Source: Chiloscyllium plagiosum (taxonomy: Eukaryota). Taken from it: DNA of 64,000 bases. The stretch spans positions 89,992,837 through 90,056,836 of the forward strand of contig NC_057718.1 of NCBI RefSeq assembly GCF_004010195.1. Direction: 5' to 3'. Numbering within the stretch: the stretch's first letter is position 1; every line of letters begins with the position of its first letter. Below, one piece after another: positions 13,609 to 25,900 of the stretch. The notes beneath the pieces are model-generated. The model did no database searches. It was not told the origin of the DNA and worked only from the letters and a program-made list of their open reading frames with translations. Made by a program: the position numbers and the translations under genes.

Positions 13609-13907
13609 GACAGCATGGTGGCTCAGTGGTTAGCACTGCTGCCTCACAGCGCCAAGGACCCAGATTCGATTCCAGCCTCTGGAGAATGTGCAAACTCCAC
13701 ATAGACATTCTCCCCGTCGTCTGCGTGGGTTTCCTCCCACAGTCCAAAGATGTGCAGGTCAGATGGATTGGCCAGGCTAAATTGCCCATAGTGTTAGGTG
13801 CATTAGTCAGAGGGAAATGGGTCTTGGTGGGTTACTCTTCAGAGGGTCAGTGTGGACTTGTTGGGCCAAAGGGCCTGTTTCCACACTGTAGGAAATCTAA
13901 TCTAATC
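13609..13907 (+). mobile_element. HE1-type tRNA-derived V-SINE
   Basis: A box GGTGGCTCAGTGG, B-box-like ATTCGATTCC, core GCTAAATTGCCC, CR1-shared tail and (TAATC)n. Confidence 0.9.
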
Positions 13908-13929
13908 ACCAAGTGTTCTGAACAAGATA

Positions 13930-14135
13930 TAATGTAACCTTTTGGTCCAGCAGCTAGTGTAGCTGGTTGCCAGGAATCAAAAACAAACTTGAATTAGGCA
14001 AATCAGTTTAAATTATACACCAAAGAATGCGAACCTCCAATCAAGTTTGCATTTAGTATATTGACAATATTAAAAGCAAATGACACAATCCGATGCTTTG
14101 GGGGTATAAGACCGGGGAAAATTGAACAGTTGTTG
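13930..14135 (+). mobile_element. fragment of LTR-like family B
   Basis: Inverted homology to 5155-5365. Confidence 0.5.
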
Positions 14136-16888
14136 CTGCTTTAAATTAAGCAGGAGGGTTTCCCCCGTGACGTAACATTAGGGGGTATAGATTTATAAGG
14201 TAGATGTTGCAGGAAAGTTAACATCATTTGCCTGGAAGCCATTTTCCTGATTCGGCTGAGAGTTCCATTTTGTGTCCCCAGCCAGAACTTTGCTGGTTCT
14301 GCATTCCTTACTATAAGGTAATGTGAAAGGTTGTCTTTATCTTCCTTCTCAAGATAGTGTCTCCTCCCTTTGCTGAATGATCAGCACAGGCTGTAGAACC
14401 AGTCAAGTTGACATAGACTTTCCAATTAGTCCCCCTTCCTTCTCTAGTTATTGCCTCTTCACAATCATTCAGCCAATTAGGGATATCTCCGCTTAGTGTT
14501 AGCAATCCGTGTAACTAGAGCAGGTGGTAATACCACTTGATCTGTCCACTTGTGGAATGCATAATAGTGCTTTAGTTTTGAACTTAATGACTAACCTCTA
14601 ATTTAGTACCACCTTGTAAGCAGCCAAACTGTGGAATTAATGGTCAGATCCAAGCTGTTTTCTCTATATAATTCTGTAGTACTCTGATGTACTTCGGGAT
14701 AACACCGAGCCATAATTAGGACGGTGAATTCCCCATCATATATTGTGTAATAAACTAATCAGTCCGCAAGGTCCGAGTCTCGAGAGCTTTCTCCAACAGT
14801 AGAAGACTAAGAGGAGAGCAGAGATTATTTTTATTTTACTTGTAATGTGATAGCAGACTGGAACACTACCCATAAAGGATGTTTGAGTCAGAAATCTCAT
14901 CGTATTTCAGCATTATTTATAAGTTCACTTCCATTACCATAGCCTTCAGAGGCATGGGCCAAAGGTTAGAAAATAGGGTAGTTATAGTTAGATATTTATT
15001 GACTGGCACTGATGTTATGGGTGAAATGGCCATCTATTGTGCTGTACATGTTTGAGTCTACGTAGCCTAATCTTATGCCATGCGTTTTATTCATTCGTGG
15101 AATATGAGTTTCCTTGGCATTTAATGCCCATCCCAAATTATTTTTGAAAAGGTGCTGGTCAGCTACCACCTTGAACTGTTACAATCCATATGGCTGTATT
15201 TGCACCCACACTGCTAGGCAGAGAGTTCAGGATTTTGGCCCAATGACCAGATATTTCCATTTCTGGCTGACATTTGATGATAGAGGGAAGCTTGGAGACA
15301 ACGCTTTTCCCATCCACCCATTAGCTTTTGGTCGAGGGTTGAGAGGTGTCTTTCTCAGTTGCTACAGTGCATCTGGTAAAAGGTACACTCTTCAGCTACA
15401 CTCTGCCGACAGTAAACTAAGTAGTGGGCGAACAGCCAGGCTGCTTTGTGCTAGGATTCCAGTCTCTGGCCTGTAGATTTGAGGTCACCAGTGTGGTTTA
15501 TGTACCAGGCAGCAGAGTGGCTAGGAGTCTTTAATCTGAATATTAAGTGGAACAAGTCAGCTTTATTCTGGAGTCACAGCAGAGTTTGATGATTTACATA
15601 TGTTTGAGAATTGACTCCAAATGAGTACAGGAGGTGAAGGGACAAGATGACTTCATTTTCTTGTTGAGTCATCCTCCATTTTCTGATGGAGTTGACCAGG
15701 GCAAGAGATAAATCTGCTCAAGATTCTATAAATTCCTTCACAAAGCCGAAGACATACCATGACCTGGTGGGCCCTGTGGCTACTTATCAATAGTGACCAC
15801 TTAATGGGATATGTGCTGATGTGGATTTACAGCTCATTGACCAGAGAGTTTGTTATTTACTGATTAAGAGGCTAATGGCTGCTCTAGGGTTGCCTAGAGT
15901 TTTAACAACTTCCAAACAAAGATCTTTATATGGACTGGATTCCCTTTTCATTGCTTCTCAGCAGTCAAGACTTGTACGGAGCTGATAACTCTGCTGAAGT
16001 TATCTATCAGATTTTCTGTGAAAACATGCAGAATGCAGGGTTAACATATACACTAGGATATGGAAATTCAATTCTAATATTTCTTTTGAAATGATCTTGG
16101 GTCGGTATTTTTTTGGTGAGAATAATTTCCTTTCCTCCCCTTCTCCACTGGTGCTTCCTGACATGCTGCATATCTACAATATTTTGTCTGTGTTGCAAAT
16201 TTCCCATGCTTGCATTATTTGCAGCTGTAGAATCCACTGGTAAAAATATGAAACCACTGCGGTTAGCTCTCTTCAAGATCATGGCTTTGGTGAGAAAAGC
16301 AGCATAAGTTGGGGCAAGTGTGCCGAAATTGTGCTTTTGTCTCCGAAAAATCGATGCGTAATTGTATGATTTTAACATCAGTGGGTTACCAAGTGTGTTA
16401 ACTTTTTATAATTGAGGCATAATACAAATTGTGTTTACTCTGTTGCATTTTATACACTCTGCCCTTACGTGGTGACGTCTGGGTATGTTCCATCACCTTC
16501 TGGCATGAGTGTTCTGTTATAAACCATGTCTTCTTGCGCAGTTCGCCCACAGCTATTACTCCCTTCATCCTTTTAATTCTCCAAGGTTTGAATCCTAAGT
16601 ACAGGTTAGTCCCCTACCATTTTGTGGAGGTTGGTACAGAGGAGAGAAGAATGATAATATCTTAGTTATATTTTAAAATACGCACTTACTAGTTGTGGAA
16701 GTGTTGAATAGATTTATTTGAATCGATTGATGAATTAATGTAATGTCACCTTTACCTTGGCTGCAAACAATCTGGCCTCCATAGCTGGGGACTTGCTATT
16801 ACCACTCTGTAGTTGGTACTTTCAGTGGCTCCCTGTTCCATGGAATGCACCATCTGTGTCTTCAGGTATTTGCTCCCTGACGTATGAA

Positions 16889-17440
16889 GCATTTTTACAG
16901 AGGACAGGGTGGGAAGAGGTGTAATCTAGGTAGCTGTGGGAGTCAGTCGGTTTATAGTATACGTCCGTGTTGAGTCGGTCGTCCGAGATAGAGATGGAGA
17001 GGTCGTCTCAGACTCCTCCCTCCCCTTCCTAGACCTCTCCATCTCTATCTCGGACGACCGACTCAACACGGACGCATACTATAAACCGACTGACTCCCAC
17101 AGCTACCTAGATTACACCTCCTCCCACTCTGCCCCCTGTAAAAACGCCATCCCATATTCCCAATTCCTTCGCCTTCGCCGCATCTGCTCCCAGGAGGACC
17201 AATTCCAATGCCGAACAACCCAGATGGCCTCCTTCAAAGACCGCAATTTCTCCTCAGACGTGGTTGACGATGCTCTCCACGCATCTCCTCCGCCCTTGAA
17301 CCCCGCCCCTCCAATCGCCACCAGGACAGAACCCCACTAGTCCTCACCTACCACCCCACCAACCTCCATATACATCGTATCATCCGTCGTCATTTCCGCC
17401 ACCTCCAAACAGACTCCACCACCAGGGATATATTTCCCTC
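16889..17440 (+). mobile_element. Penelope-like element fragment with an inverted 5' duplication
   Basis: SLPFLDL..LNTDAYYKPTDSHSYLDYTSSH..CKNAIPYSQFLRLRRICS is the PLE RT thumb/linker; 16889-17004 is the reverse complement of 17032-17147. Confidence 0.85.
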
Positions 17441-17944
17441 GAGAACTTCCTGTAACTGAGCTGTGATGACAAGAACATTATTTGAGCTGGAAATGTTCTC
17501 CTTTTGGTCGTGAACATACTAATAAAGAGTTTGTTCAGAACAGGATGTTTGCTATTGCTGTTTATGAAAGGAAACTGCTGTAATGTGCTTAGTCTGTCTA
17601 TGGCACTGTGGGAATCATAAACTGATGTATTGGAAAACTGCGACTTCATGCCAACAAATTTCTATGAGTTGATTTCATGAGATGGGAAATGATGGAAAAA
17701 TAAGCCTCAACTTTAGAGGAAGCTTCTTCATACCTTCTTAACATCGTAGTTAAAGGAAGGAATCAGTGAATTCAATCCATAGGAGTTGGAGGCTGAAATT
17801 TTCCATTTTTTCTAAATTCCGAAATGTCTCACATGATCTGAACTGAAAAGAAATGAAAGCAAGAACAATCTTCTATTAGATGTCTCCTGCTGTTCTTGAC
17901 ATCATGAACCATTTTTTTTTTAGTCTGGCACAGGGTTGTGGTGT

Positions 17945-18293
17945 AAAATTATGTCCCAATACATGTGTGAATCATAATGTAACACATGTATTGGGCCAAG
18001 CAGTGGAATGTGGTGAAACGGTTAAAAATTATGTCCCAATACATGTGTGAATCATAATGTAACACATGTATTGGGCCAAGCAGTGGAATGTGGTGAAACG
18101 GTTAAAAATTATGTCCCAATACATGTGTGAATCATAATGTAACACATGTATTGGGCCAAGCAGTGGAATGTGGTGAAACGGTTAAAAATTATGTCCCAAT
18201 ACATGTGTGAATCATAATGTAACACATGTATTGGGCCAAGCAGTGGAATGTGGTGAAACGGTTAAAAATTATGTCCCAATACATGTGTGAATC
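17945..18293. repeat. perfect 80-bp tandem repeat, about 4.4 copies, with a 14-bp hairpin per unit
   Basis: ATGTCCCAAT recurs at 17951, 18031, 18111, 18191 and 18271; CCCAATACATGTGT pairs with ACACATGTATTGGG. Confidence 0.97.
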
Positions 18294-18694
18294 TAACCGG
18301 AATGGAGGTGTTGCTTAGTCCCGTGTGAATCTTCTTATCTGTATGTAACCAGAATGGAATGTGTTTTTTAGCCTTGCTCTGCTGTTCACATGAATGTTTA
18401 TATCTGGAAAAGAGTATATCAGCTGGAGAAGTCTCCAGTTCGGTAGAGTCTGCTCCGGGGTTGTGTTTAACCGCCGAGCGTGGGTTGTTGGCAACCGCTC
18501 TACGAGAACTGACGGCTCCCAGTTCCGGTAACATGTAGAGTGAGTATAAGCCAGACCCGATGTAAGTATGAGACCTGGTTGTGGCGACGCTGCGGGGAAT
18601 AAAATGCTCATATTCTAGCAGACTCGCCTCTTGGTCGTTTGTTCTGTGTCAGACTACTCTCCTACGAACCTGACCTTGAGAATTTTTTAAAACA
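18249..18694 (+). mobile_element. possible young LTR-like element
   Basis: CpG-rich patch starting TGTGG, with TATAAG near 18545 and AATAAA at 18598-18603; no target-site duplication found. Confidence 0.3.
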
Positions 18695-18971
18695 CTTAGG
18701 AAAGGCACTTGTGTATGTCATGTTCTGAATGCTCATTTAGTGTACACGAGATCAAAAACAGAGGACAGTATAAGTGTGTGTGACCCTTACATCAGGCTAA
18801 TTTTGCTATCATGCTGTCAAGAGCAGTGTGAGATGTGTAAAACTCTTTAGAGGAGCATATTTGAAGAGAACATCTTTGCTGCTTGCTTACACACTTTATT
18901 GAAATTTACTGTTAATTATATCATTATATCAATGTTATTCATTGCTTTTGCAATTTTTTTCCCAAATGCAG

Positions 18972-19763
18972 GTGGAAGATGATGTGGGCAGTGAAATGAA
19001 AATACTACGAGGACACTGTGGGCCTGTGTATGCTACCAAGTTCCTCTCTGATAATTCAGGACTTCTGTCTTGTTCAGAAGACACAACAGTCCGATACTGG
19101 GATTTGTGCAGTTTCAAGAACACTGGTTTGTATCAAGGACATGTTTATCCCATCTGGGACATCGATATTAGTCCCTTGAGCCTTTACTTTGTGACTGGAT
19201 CACATGATCGGACAGCAAGACTTTGGGCACTTGACAGAACATACCCTCTACGCATTTACGCAGGCCACCTAGCAGATGTAGACTGTGTTAAGTTCCATCC
19301 AAATTCTAATTACATAGCCACAGGCTCAATAGATAAAACTGTGCGGCTCTGGAGTACGCAGCAAGGGAATACTGTCCGTCTCTTCACAGGACATCGGGGA
19401 CCTGTGTTGGCATTAGCTTTCTCTCCTAATGGAAAGTACTTGGCCTCAGCAGGTGAAGATCAGCGACTAAAGTTGTGGGACCTTGCATCAGGTACTTTAT
19501 TCAAAGAACTGAGAGGGCATACTGACAATATAACTAATCTTGCATTTAGTCCCGACAGCAGTTTGATAGTTTCTGCATCTGTGGATAATTCGGTCCGTGT
19601 GTGGGATATTTATAACACTTATTCAAATTCACTGGTGGATGGTTCCTCCAGTGAGCTGGTGGGTGTATACATGGGACCTACCAGCAACCTTTTGAGTGTG
19701 CAGTTCATGGCCTGCAATCTGGTCTTGGTTACTGGTGTTGCACAAGAGAAAAAGGAACAATAA
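18972..19763 (+). CDS. TAF5L: TAF5L last coding exon (WD40 repeats) with TAA stop
   Basis: Polypyrimidine tract and atgcag acceptor; [44 protein letters not shown] matches the TAF5L C-terminus. Confidence 0.98.
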   Translation: MEDDVGSEMKILRGHCGPVYATKFLSDNSGLLSCSEDTTVRYWDLCSFKNTGLYQGHVYPIWDIDISPLSLYFVTGSHDRTARLWALDRTYPLRIYAGHLADVDCVKFHPNSNYIATGSIDKTVRLWSTQQGNTVRLFTGHRGPVLALAFSPNGKYLASAGEDQRLKLWDLASGTLFKELRGHTDNITNLAFSPDSSLIVSASVDNSVRVWDIYNTYSNSLVDGSSSELVGVYMGPTSNLLSVQFMACNLVLVTGVAQEKKEQ

Positions 19764-20566
19764 GTGGACAAGAACAATTCCTTCTGTTTAATTAGAAGCA
19801 CCTAGATAAGTAAGCTGTAAGAGGACCAGATGTGTCTTGAATGTACCTGGCCAGCTTGCTGTGGAAAGACGTTTTGAGATTATACCTCACTGGCTTGCTT
19901 TGATCACACCTTGCAGCTAAATACACCATCTGTTGCACAATCTTCCCTGTAGTTCCATAGGAATGAGTGATCCTATGATTGGCACTGGGACTGATGTTGG
20001 TGGTTCTTCCCTTGCCGAGCCTTGGACATCTGTTTGTTGCTCCATTCGCAGTGCTGTGCAAATTCACGAATTGCAGAGGTTCTGGTCAGCATGTGAGGTT
20101 AAGACACATGCCTGCACCTCTCGTGTTGCCATTACATTCAGAATGTCAGCCAGAAATTGTTCTGATGTTAGCTGCCATTTGTCCAGCTGTAAAATGAATT
20201 ATACCACTTGTACACAGTCAGCCAAAAGGTGACTGGAATGTTTTTGCTGTAATTTATTTAGCCTGATCTTGGGTTGGCAGAACAAACAAAATCCTGGTTG
20301 AAATTTAAGTTCTTCTGTTACACTGGCCCAGATGTTTAATTCTTCAATTTTCTGGCAAATACATTTGTATGGCAGAAATTGATTATGTTTCATCTGTAAA
20401 GTGGTGTACTCAATATCATGAAAGGAATGTGAGGATTTGAAAAGTACATCAAGATGCAGCCACAAGCCTTTGGAACACAATGTGAACCTTCAGCTTTCGG
20501 TCTCCTGAAAAGCGTTCAGTATACATTTTTGTTAAACTGCATATTAAACTCTGTTTCACACAATCA

Positions 20567-20692
20567 AATAAATCTGGTTCCTGCTCTCCAAATCCAATTT
20601 GTAGTTTCTGAATGCAATATCAATTGCTAGTTTTTTTTTTAAACCAGTGATCAAGATGTTGTGTTTGGAAGTAACACTGAAATTAAAATAAA
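20567..20692 (+). terminator. candidate TAF5L polyadenylation signals
   Basis: AATAAA at 20567-20572 and ATTAAA/AATAAA at 20682-20692, followed by U/GU-rich sequence, about 0.8-0.9 kb after the stop. Confidence 0.6.
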
Positions 20693-20779
20693 CTTTCATT
20701 TGTATCATTGTATATTTACCCATGTGGCTTTGACATGTTTATCAACACAAACAGAATCTTCAAGTAAAGTTGCGTATGA

Positions 20780-22900
20780 ATAGGAGTAGGCCATTTGGGC
20801 CCCTTGAGCCTGCTTAACAAGGTAATGGTGATTTGATTATTCCACATTTGCCTGCCTTGAAGAAGTTTTCTTCCTCTCTTTACAAGAATTTCCAGGAGTC
20901 CCTCTCCCACTGCAACTGATTTTGCTGCTCTGATGCTGCCTGAATTGCTGTGCTCTTCCAGCACCACTAATCCAAAATCTCCAGCATCTGCAGTCATTGT
21001 TTTTACCTATTCCACATTCCTGCTGACTTAGAGTAAACTTTCATCCCCTTGATAATCAAGAATCTATCTACCTCTGTTTTGTTTATATTGAAATGCTGCT
21101 TCTACTGTCTTTTTTTTTAAGAGCATCCTTTGTGAGAGAGCGTTTTGCTTTGTCTTTGTCCTAAATGGGAGGCCCCTTATTTTGAAACAATGACCTCAAG
21201 AGGAAACATGATCCCACAGGCACCCTGTCAAGATCTCTCAGGATCCATGTAGGTTTCCACTTCTTTGAATACAAAAGCAACCTGCCCTACCTTTCCTCAG
21301 GACTGCTCATCCTTCAGCTCTTTATCAATTCTAACTTTTCTGAACTGCTGGGAGACTGATACTGCACACATACTCTGATTGCTGTGTATAACTGAAGCAT
21401 TACATCCATTTGTGTTCCATTCCCCATAGCAATAAATGATAACATTCTACCAGCTCTCCTAATTGCCTGCATATTCACCTTTTGTGATTTGTAAACAAGA
21501 GCACCCAGATTACTCTGCATCTGAGTTCTGCAGTCTCTCACTATTTAAATAATATTTCTTTTTATTCTCCCTGCCAGATCTTTATCCACTCACTTATCCT
21601 ATTGAGTATCCTTCTGTCCCCTTCACAACTTACTTTTCTGCCTATCTCAGTGTCAGCAGCATCAATATCTTTGATCCTTTTATCAGAGCCATTTATGTAA
21701 ACTGTAAAAGATTGAAGCCTCGGAACCAATCCCTCTGGCACACCACTCGTTCCATCTTGCCAACCAGAAAATGGCCCCTTGACCTGTGTTGTTCCTGTTA
21801 GCTAACCAATGTGCAATGAGCTTTTGTTTTCCACAGTGACATGTGATGTGGAACCCTTAGGGCCTTCTGGAAATTTTAAGGACAGTATATCCAGCAGCTC
21901 CCCTTTATCTACAGCATGTTGCTATTTCAAAAATCTCCATTAAATCAATTGAATCTGATTTTTCCATTTCACAAAACCATGTTGACTCTGATTACTGTGA
22001 ATTTTTTTAAAGAGCGTTTCTAGAAAATGTTTCACAGTTTCTAATGTGTTCCCTGTTACAGATGTTAAGCAAATTGGCCTGCAGTTTCCTGCTTTCAGTC
22101 TGTCTCCCTTTTTGATTAGAGGTGTTACATTAGCAATTTTCAAATTTATGGGGCTTTCTCCAAATCAAGTGGATATTGGCAAATTGAAACTAATTTACCA
22201 AATATCACGGTAGCCAGTTCCTTTAAGACTACAGGATGATACCTGGGGTTTTGTCAGCCCACTGCTCCAACAATTCACTTAGTGCCATTTAACTGGTGAT
22301 TATAATTTTCTTATTCCATCCTCCCTCTCAGTTCATGATTTACAGCTTTTTCTGGGATGTTACTTGAATTCTGTATAGTCAAGATTGATGCAAAATACCT
22401 GTCTAATTCATCTACTATCTCCGTTTCTCCCTTATTAAATCCCTCGGCTCACTTTTTATTAGCTCTATTTAGCTTTTTCTTTTAAAAAAGACGGCTATAA
22501 AATGTCTTCCAGATTTTATACTTGTAGATAGCATTCTCTCTATTCTAATTTTTCTCTCCTTATTAATATTTTAAGCACTTGCTGTTTTTATATTTTGCCC
22601 AGTCTTCTGACTTGCCAGCCATTTTCGTGCACTTACATGACTGCTCTTAAGTTTGATTCTGTCTAACATATTTAGTAAACCGCAGATGGGGTGGGTCCTT
22701 TGAATATTTTTTTGTTTTGGCATGTGTCTATTCTGCATGTTATGTAATTACCTTAAATATCTGCTTTTGTACCTTTTATTGACCTATCTCTTAAAATATT
22801 TTATCTAGCTGTGCTTTCTTGCCCTCCCCGTCAGTGCCTTTATTTCAGTTTAAAATACTGGTGTTGGATCTTCTTTTATCTTTGCGAGTGTTGACTAATT
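20780..22900 (-). mobile_element. old CR1 LINE remnant (antisense)
   Basis: Minus ORFs 21314-21541 and 21940-22143 (KIANVTPLIKKGDR..GNCRPICLTS..SQHGFVK). Confidence 0.8.
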
Positions 22901-25900
22901 GGATGCTGGTGTGCAGATATCTTAAAGTTGTCGATTGTTCCCTCACTATTGTCTTCCTGCTATAAGTTCAATTTTTTTTTAAAGTGGAGGTACCAGGAGA
23001 AAGGTGAATTCCACTTTTCCATTCGTGGTAGTACTGTGATGGTGTCGCTATGTAATCATAGCCTTAGGTGTTTATGAGGGAGACAGTGGTAGAGTCATAG
23101 CGAGTGGAATTTGAACTTAATTTATACATTTGCCATTGAAAGTCAGTCATGATTGAGACTAAGAAACTGGCAAATTGTTGTAGGGAAAGAAATCTGTCAT
23201 CTTTTCCTGGTGTGGCCTACGTGTCATTCCAGACCTGTAATAGTATGATTGGTGGTAGTAGTAGCTAAAATGGCTTAGCAATTCACTTGGTTCAAGGACA
23301 GTTATAATGGGCTACAAATGCGAACAATGATGCATCCCCTGAAAGAATAAAGAACATAGTTTATATCTAAATATTGGATTTCTGGATGGGCAAAGTTGAT
23401 GGGAGATGTATAGAGATTAAAGTTTTGTTGATGGTCTGTCAGGTCTAAGAAACATCTCAAAGCATGTGTAACCTGAATTAAATAGCATGCATAAGAAATT
23501 GCACCAAAATTACTTTGAAGGGTTCTTATTAAGTAACCTAACGTGTTTGCTTTAGTGAGCATCTTTTGGAAATCCAAGTACATTACTGGTTTCCTATATC
23601 CTGCTTGTTACCTCTTCAAAAAATGCTAATAAACCTGTAGGCTATGATTTCCCCTTCGTGAAACGACGCTGACTGTACTTGATTTATATGATGAATTTCT
23701 AAATGATCTGCTATTACATCTACTTAACTCAAAGCCTATTTAATTTTAATTATTAGCCTACTTTTCCTTGTGTGAAATGAAAATTAAGTTCGGTTTTAAT
23801 TAAGTTGCTGTTTTCATAAATGCTGCTAGATAGAGTTTTATTGTACAAAATGTAACTGCAAATTGAGCAGTAACACCAAGCAGTGAAAGTAATCTGTCAA
23901 TATTACCTCTTTTGTCAGTTTGAATGGATCTGTCTACGTGGGCTAAAACCATCGATTTACAATTTATTACACTTAAAAAAAAAAAAAGTAGTCTGGAAAA
24001 ATGCAGTGCTAGTAGTTAAAGTCATCGAGCTGGTGTTAAAAGAGAGTGTGCTGGTTATACTGTCCACCAGCATCTGTGGGGAGAGCAAAGAGCAAGCATT
24101 TCAGGTCCATGACTATTCTATTTAAAGGTTAAAGAGTTGAACTGTCTGCATCTGGAATACTCTGCACAGTATTGATTGATCCCCTTTATTTAGAAAACTT
24201 GGAAGCACTTTATTGGACTAATACCGGGAGTAGTGGAGTTGATTTCTCAAGGAAATTTTCAACACACTGTTATCCCCTGCAGTTTTAAAGGATAAGAGAT
24301 TAATTGAATGAACCATGCGAGATCCTGGGGCGAATCGACAGGGTAGACATAGAGACAATGTCTCCTGAATGGGAGAATCTGGATCGAGAGGTCACTACTG
24401 TTTAAAAATCAGGGGTAGCTCATTTAAATCTGATAAGATGACATTTTTTCTGAGGCATATTAGACTTTGGAACACTCTTCCTGAAAAGCAGAGTCCTTGA
24501 GTATTTACAAATTAGAGGTAGGTACGTTCTTGTTAAGTAAGGGGGTTATCAGAGGTAGGTAGGAATGTGCGTTTGAAGTTACAGTCACATCAGGCCTGAC
24601 CTTATTGAGTGGCATAGCAGACTGGAGGGTATAAGTGGCCTACTCCTGATTGAAATGTTCATGCTTTGACCCTGTTTCTCTTCCAGCAGATGCTGCAAGA
24701 AATCTTTCAACTTTGGTTTTTGGTTTTGTTTGGATATTCAGCACCTGAACTATTTTAAGATCTTGCAAGGGGCAGTTGGACGTTGTCATGATGTAGGAAA
24801 TGCCAGTGGCCAGTTCGCACAGAGCCAGTTCCCACAAACAACAAAGTGGTGCTAGTCAGAATATATTATTTGTGATGTGGTTTGAAGGATTCATTCACTG
24901 GCTGTCCCTCGCAGATGAGGATGACTCTTCCACATTCATGGTGAGCCAGTACGTGGCTGTACAGACCGATGGGGGCTACCGTAGGCTCTGTTATACTTGG
25001 GGCAGAAGGTGTTCTTGGGAAGGGGTGGACGGGCATTGGTGTGGAAGCACACTCTGTTACCTGTTCTTGCCTGGTTTCTGTTTTCTCCCAATGGGCAAGT
25101 CTCGAGGTGCTCAATGTCTTCCCAAATGCTGCTCCTTTTGAAGAATAAATATTGGCTGACACACCAAAGATAACTGTCCTTATCATCATCCATGTAGTGC
25201 CACAGTGTGTACAGGGGACCCGGGTTTTAAATCTCATCCAAAAGACGCAGTCTTTGAGATTAAAAATATGTAATTGTGAGGATTAAGCCTGAGATAATTA
25301 TCCTTTTTTGCATTGGATTGTCACCAGCAATATCAATTTCACTGTGTGGATAAATTCCTAATAGCATCTTGAGCAAATGTTACTCACGTCTCTGCATTAG
25401 GTTTTGAGGTCACAACCCATTCCAGAGACCAGAACAAATAATCTGGGCACGAACATGGGAGTGCTGCAGTGTCTAAGATTGCAGACCTGATATTTCGAGG
25501 AGAGATGAATGTGAGTTCCTCTGGCGCTATTTGAAACAAGTCAGGATGTTATCACCAATGTCTTGGTCCAACTTTATCTGATATACTGGCACCTAAATGT
25601 GGATTATCTTATTGTTTATACCTTTTTTTGTGTATAGGAGTATGCTGTGTGCAAATTGGCTGCCGTGTTAGCTTCTACAGTGACTGTAGAATTTGCTGTG
25701 AAAAACTGCGACTTCCTGAGATTTGTGAAAAGGTCTGTATATGCACAATTATTTCTTTCAAGCCATTCCCAACAACAACAGTCTCATCTTGGCAAGGTAT
25801 TTTAAAACCAGTTCTGCCAATTCTCACAAGCTGTCTTTGTCAAGAACAGCCTATGTCCACTTCTGTGTAAAAGGTACATTACTTAATTCATTCTTCAGAT

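Noticed and set aside
14311-14790. Possible endogenous viral or env-like fragment on the minus strand
   Set aside because: No recognisable motif in the translations; it cannot be supported without a search.
17460-17545. Box C/D snoRNA starting GTGATGA
   Set aside because: No properly placed D box or terminal stem.
17945-18293. CRISPR-like array of palindromic repeats
   Set aside because: Units are identical end to end with no unique spacers, there are no cas genes, and the context is a vertebrate intron.
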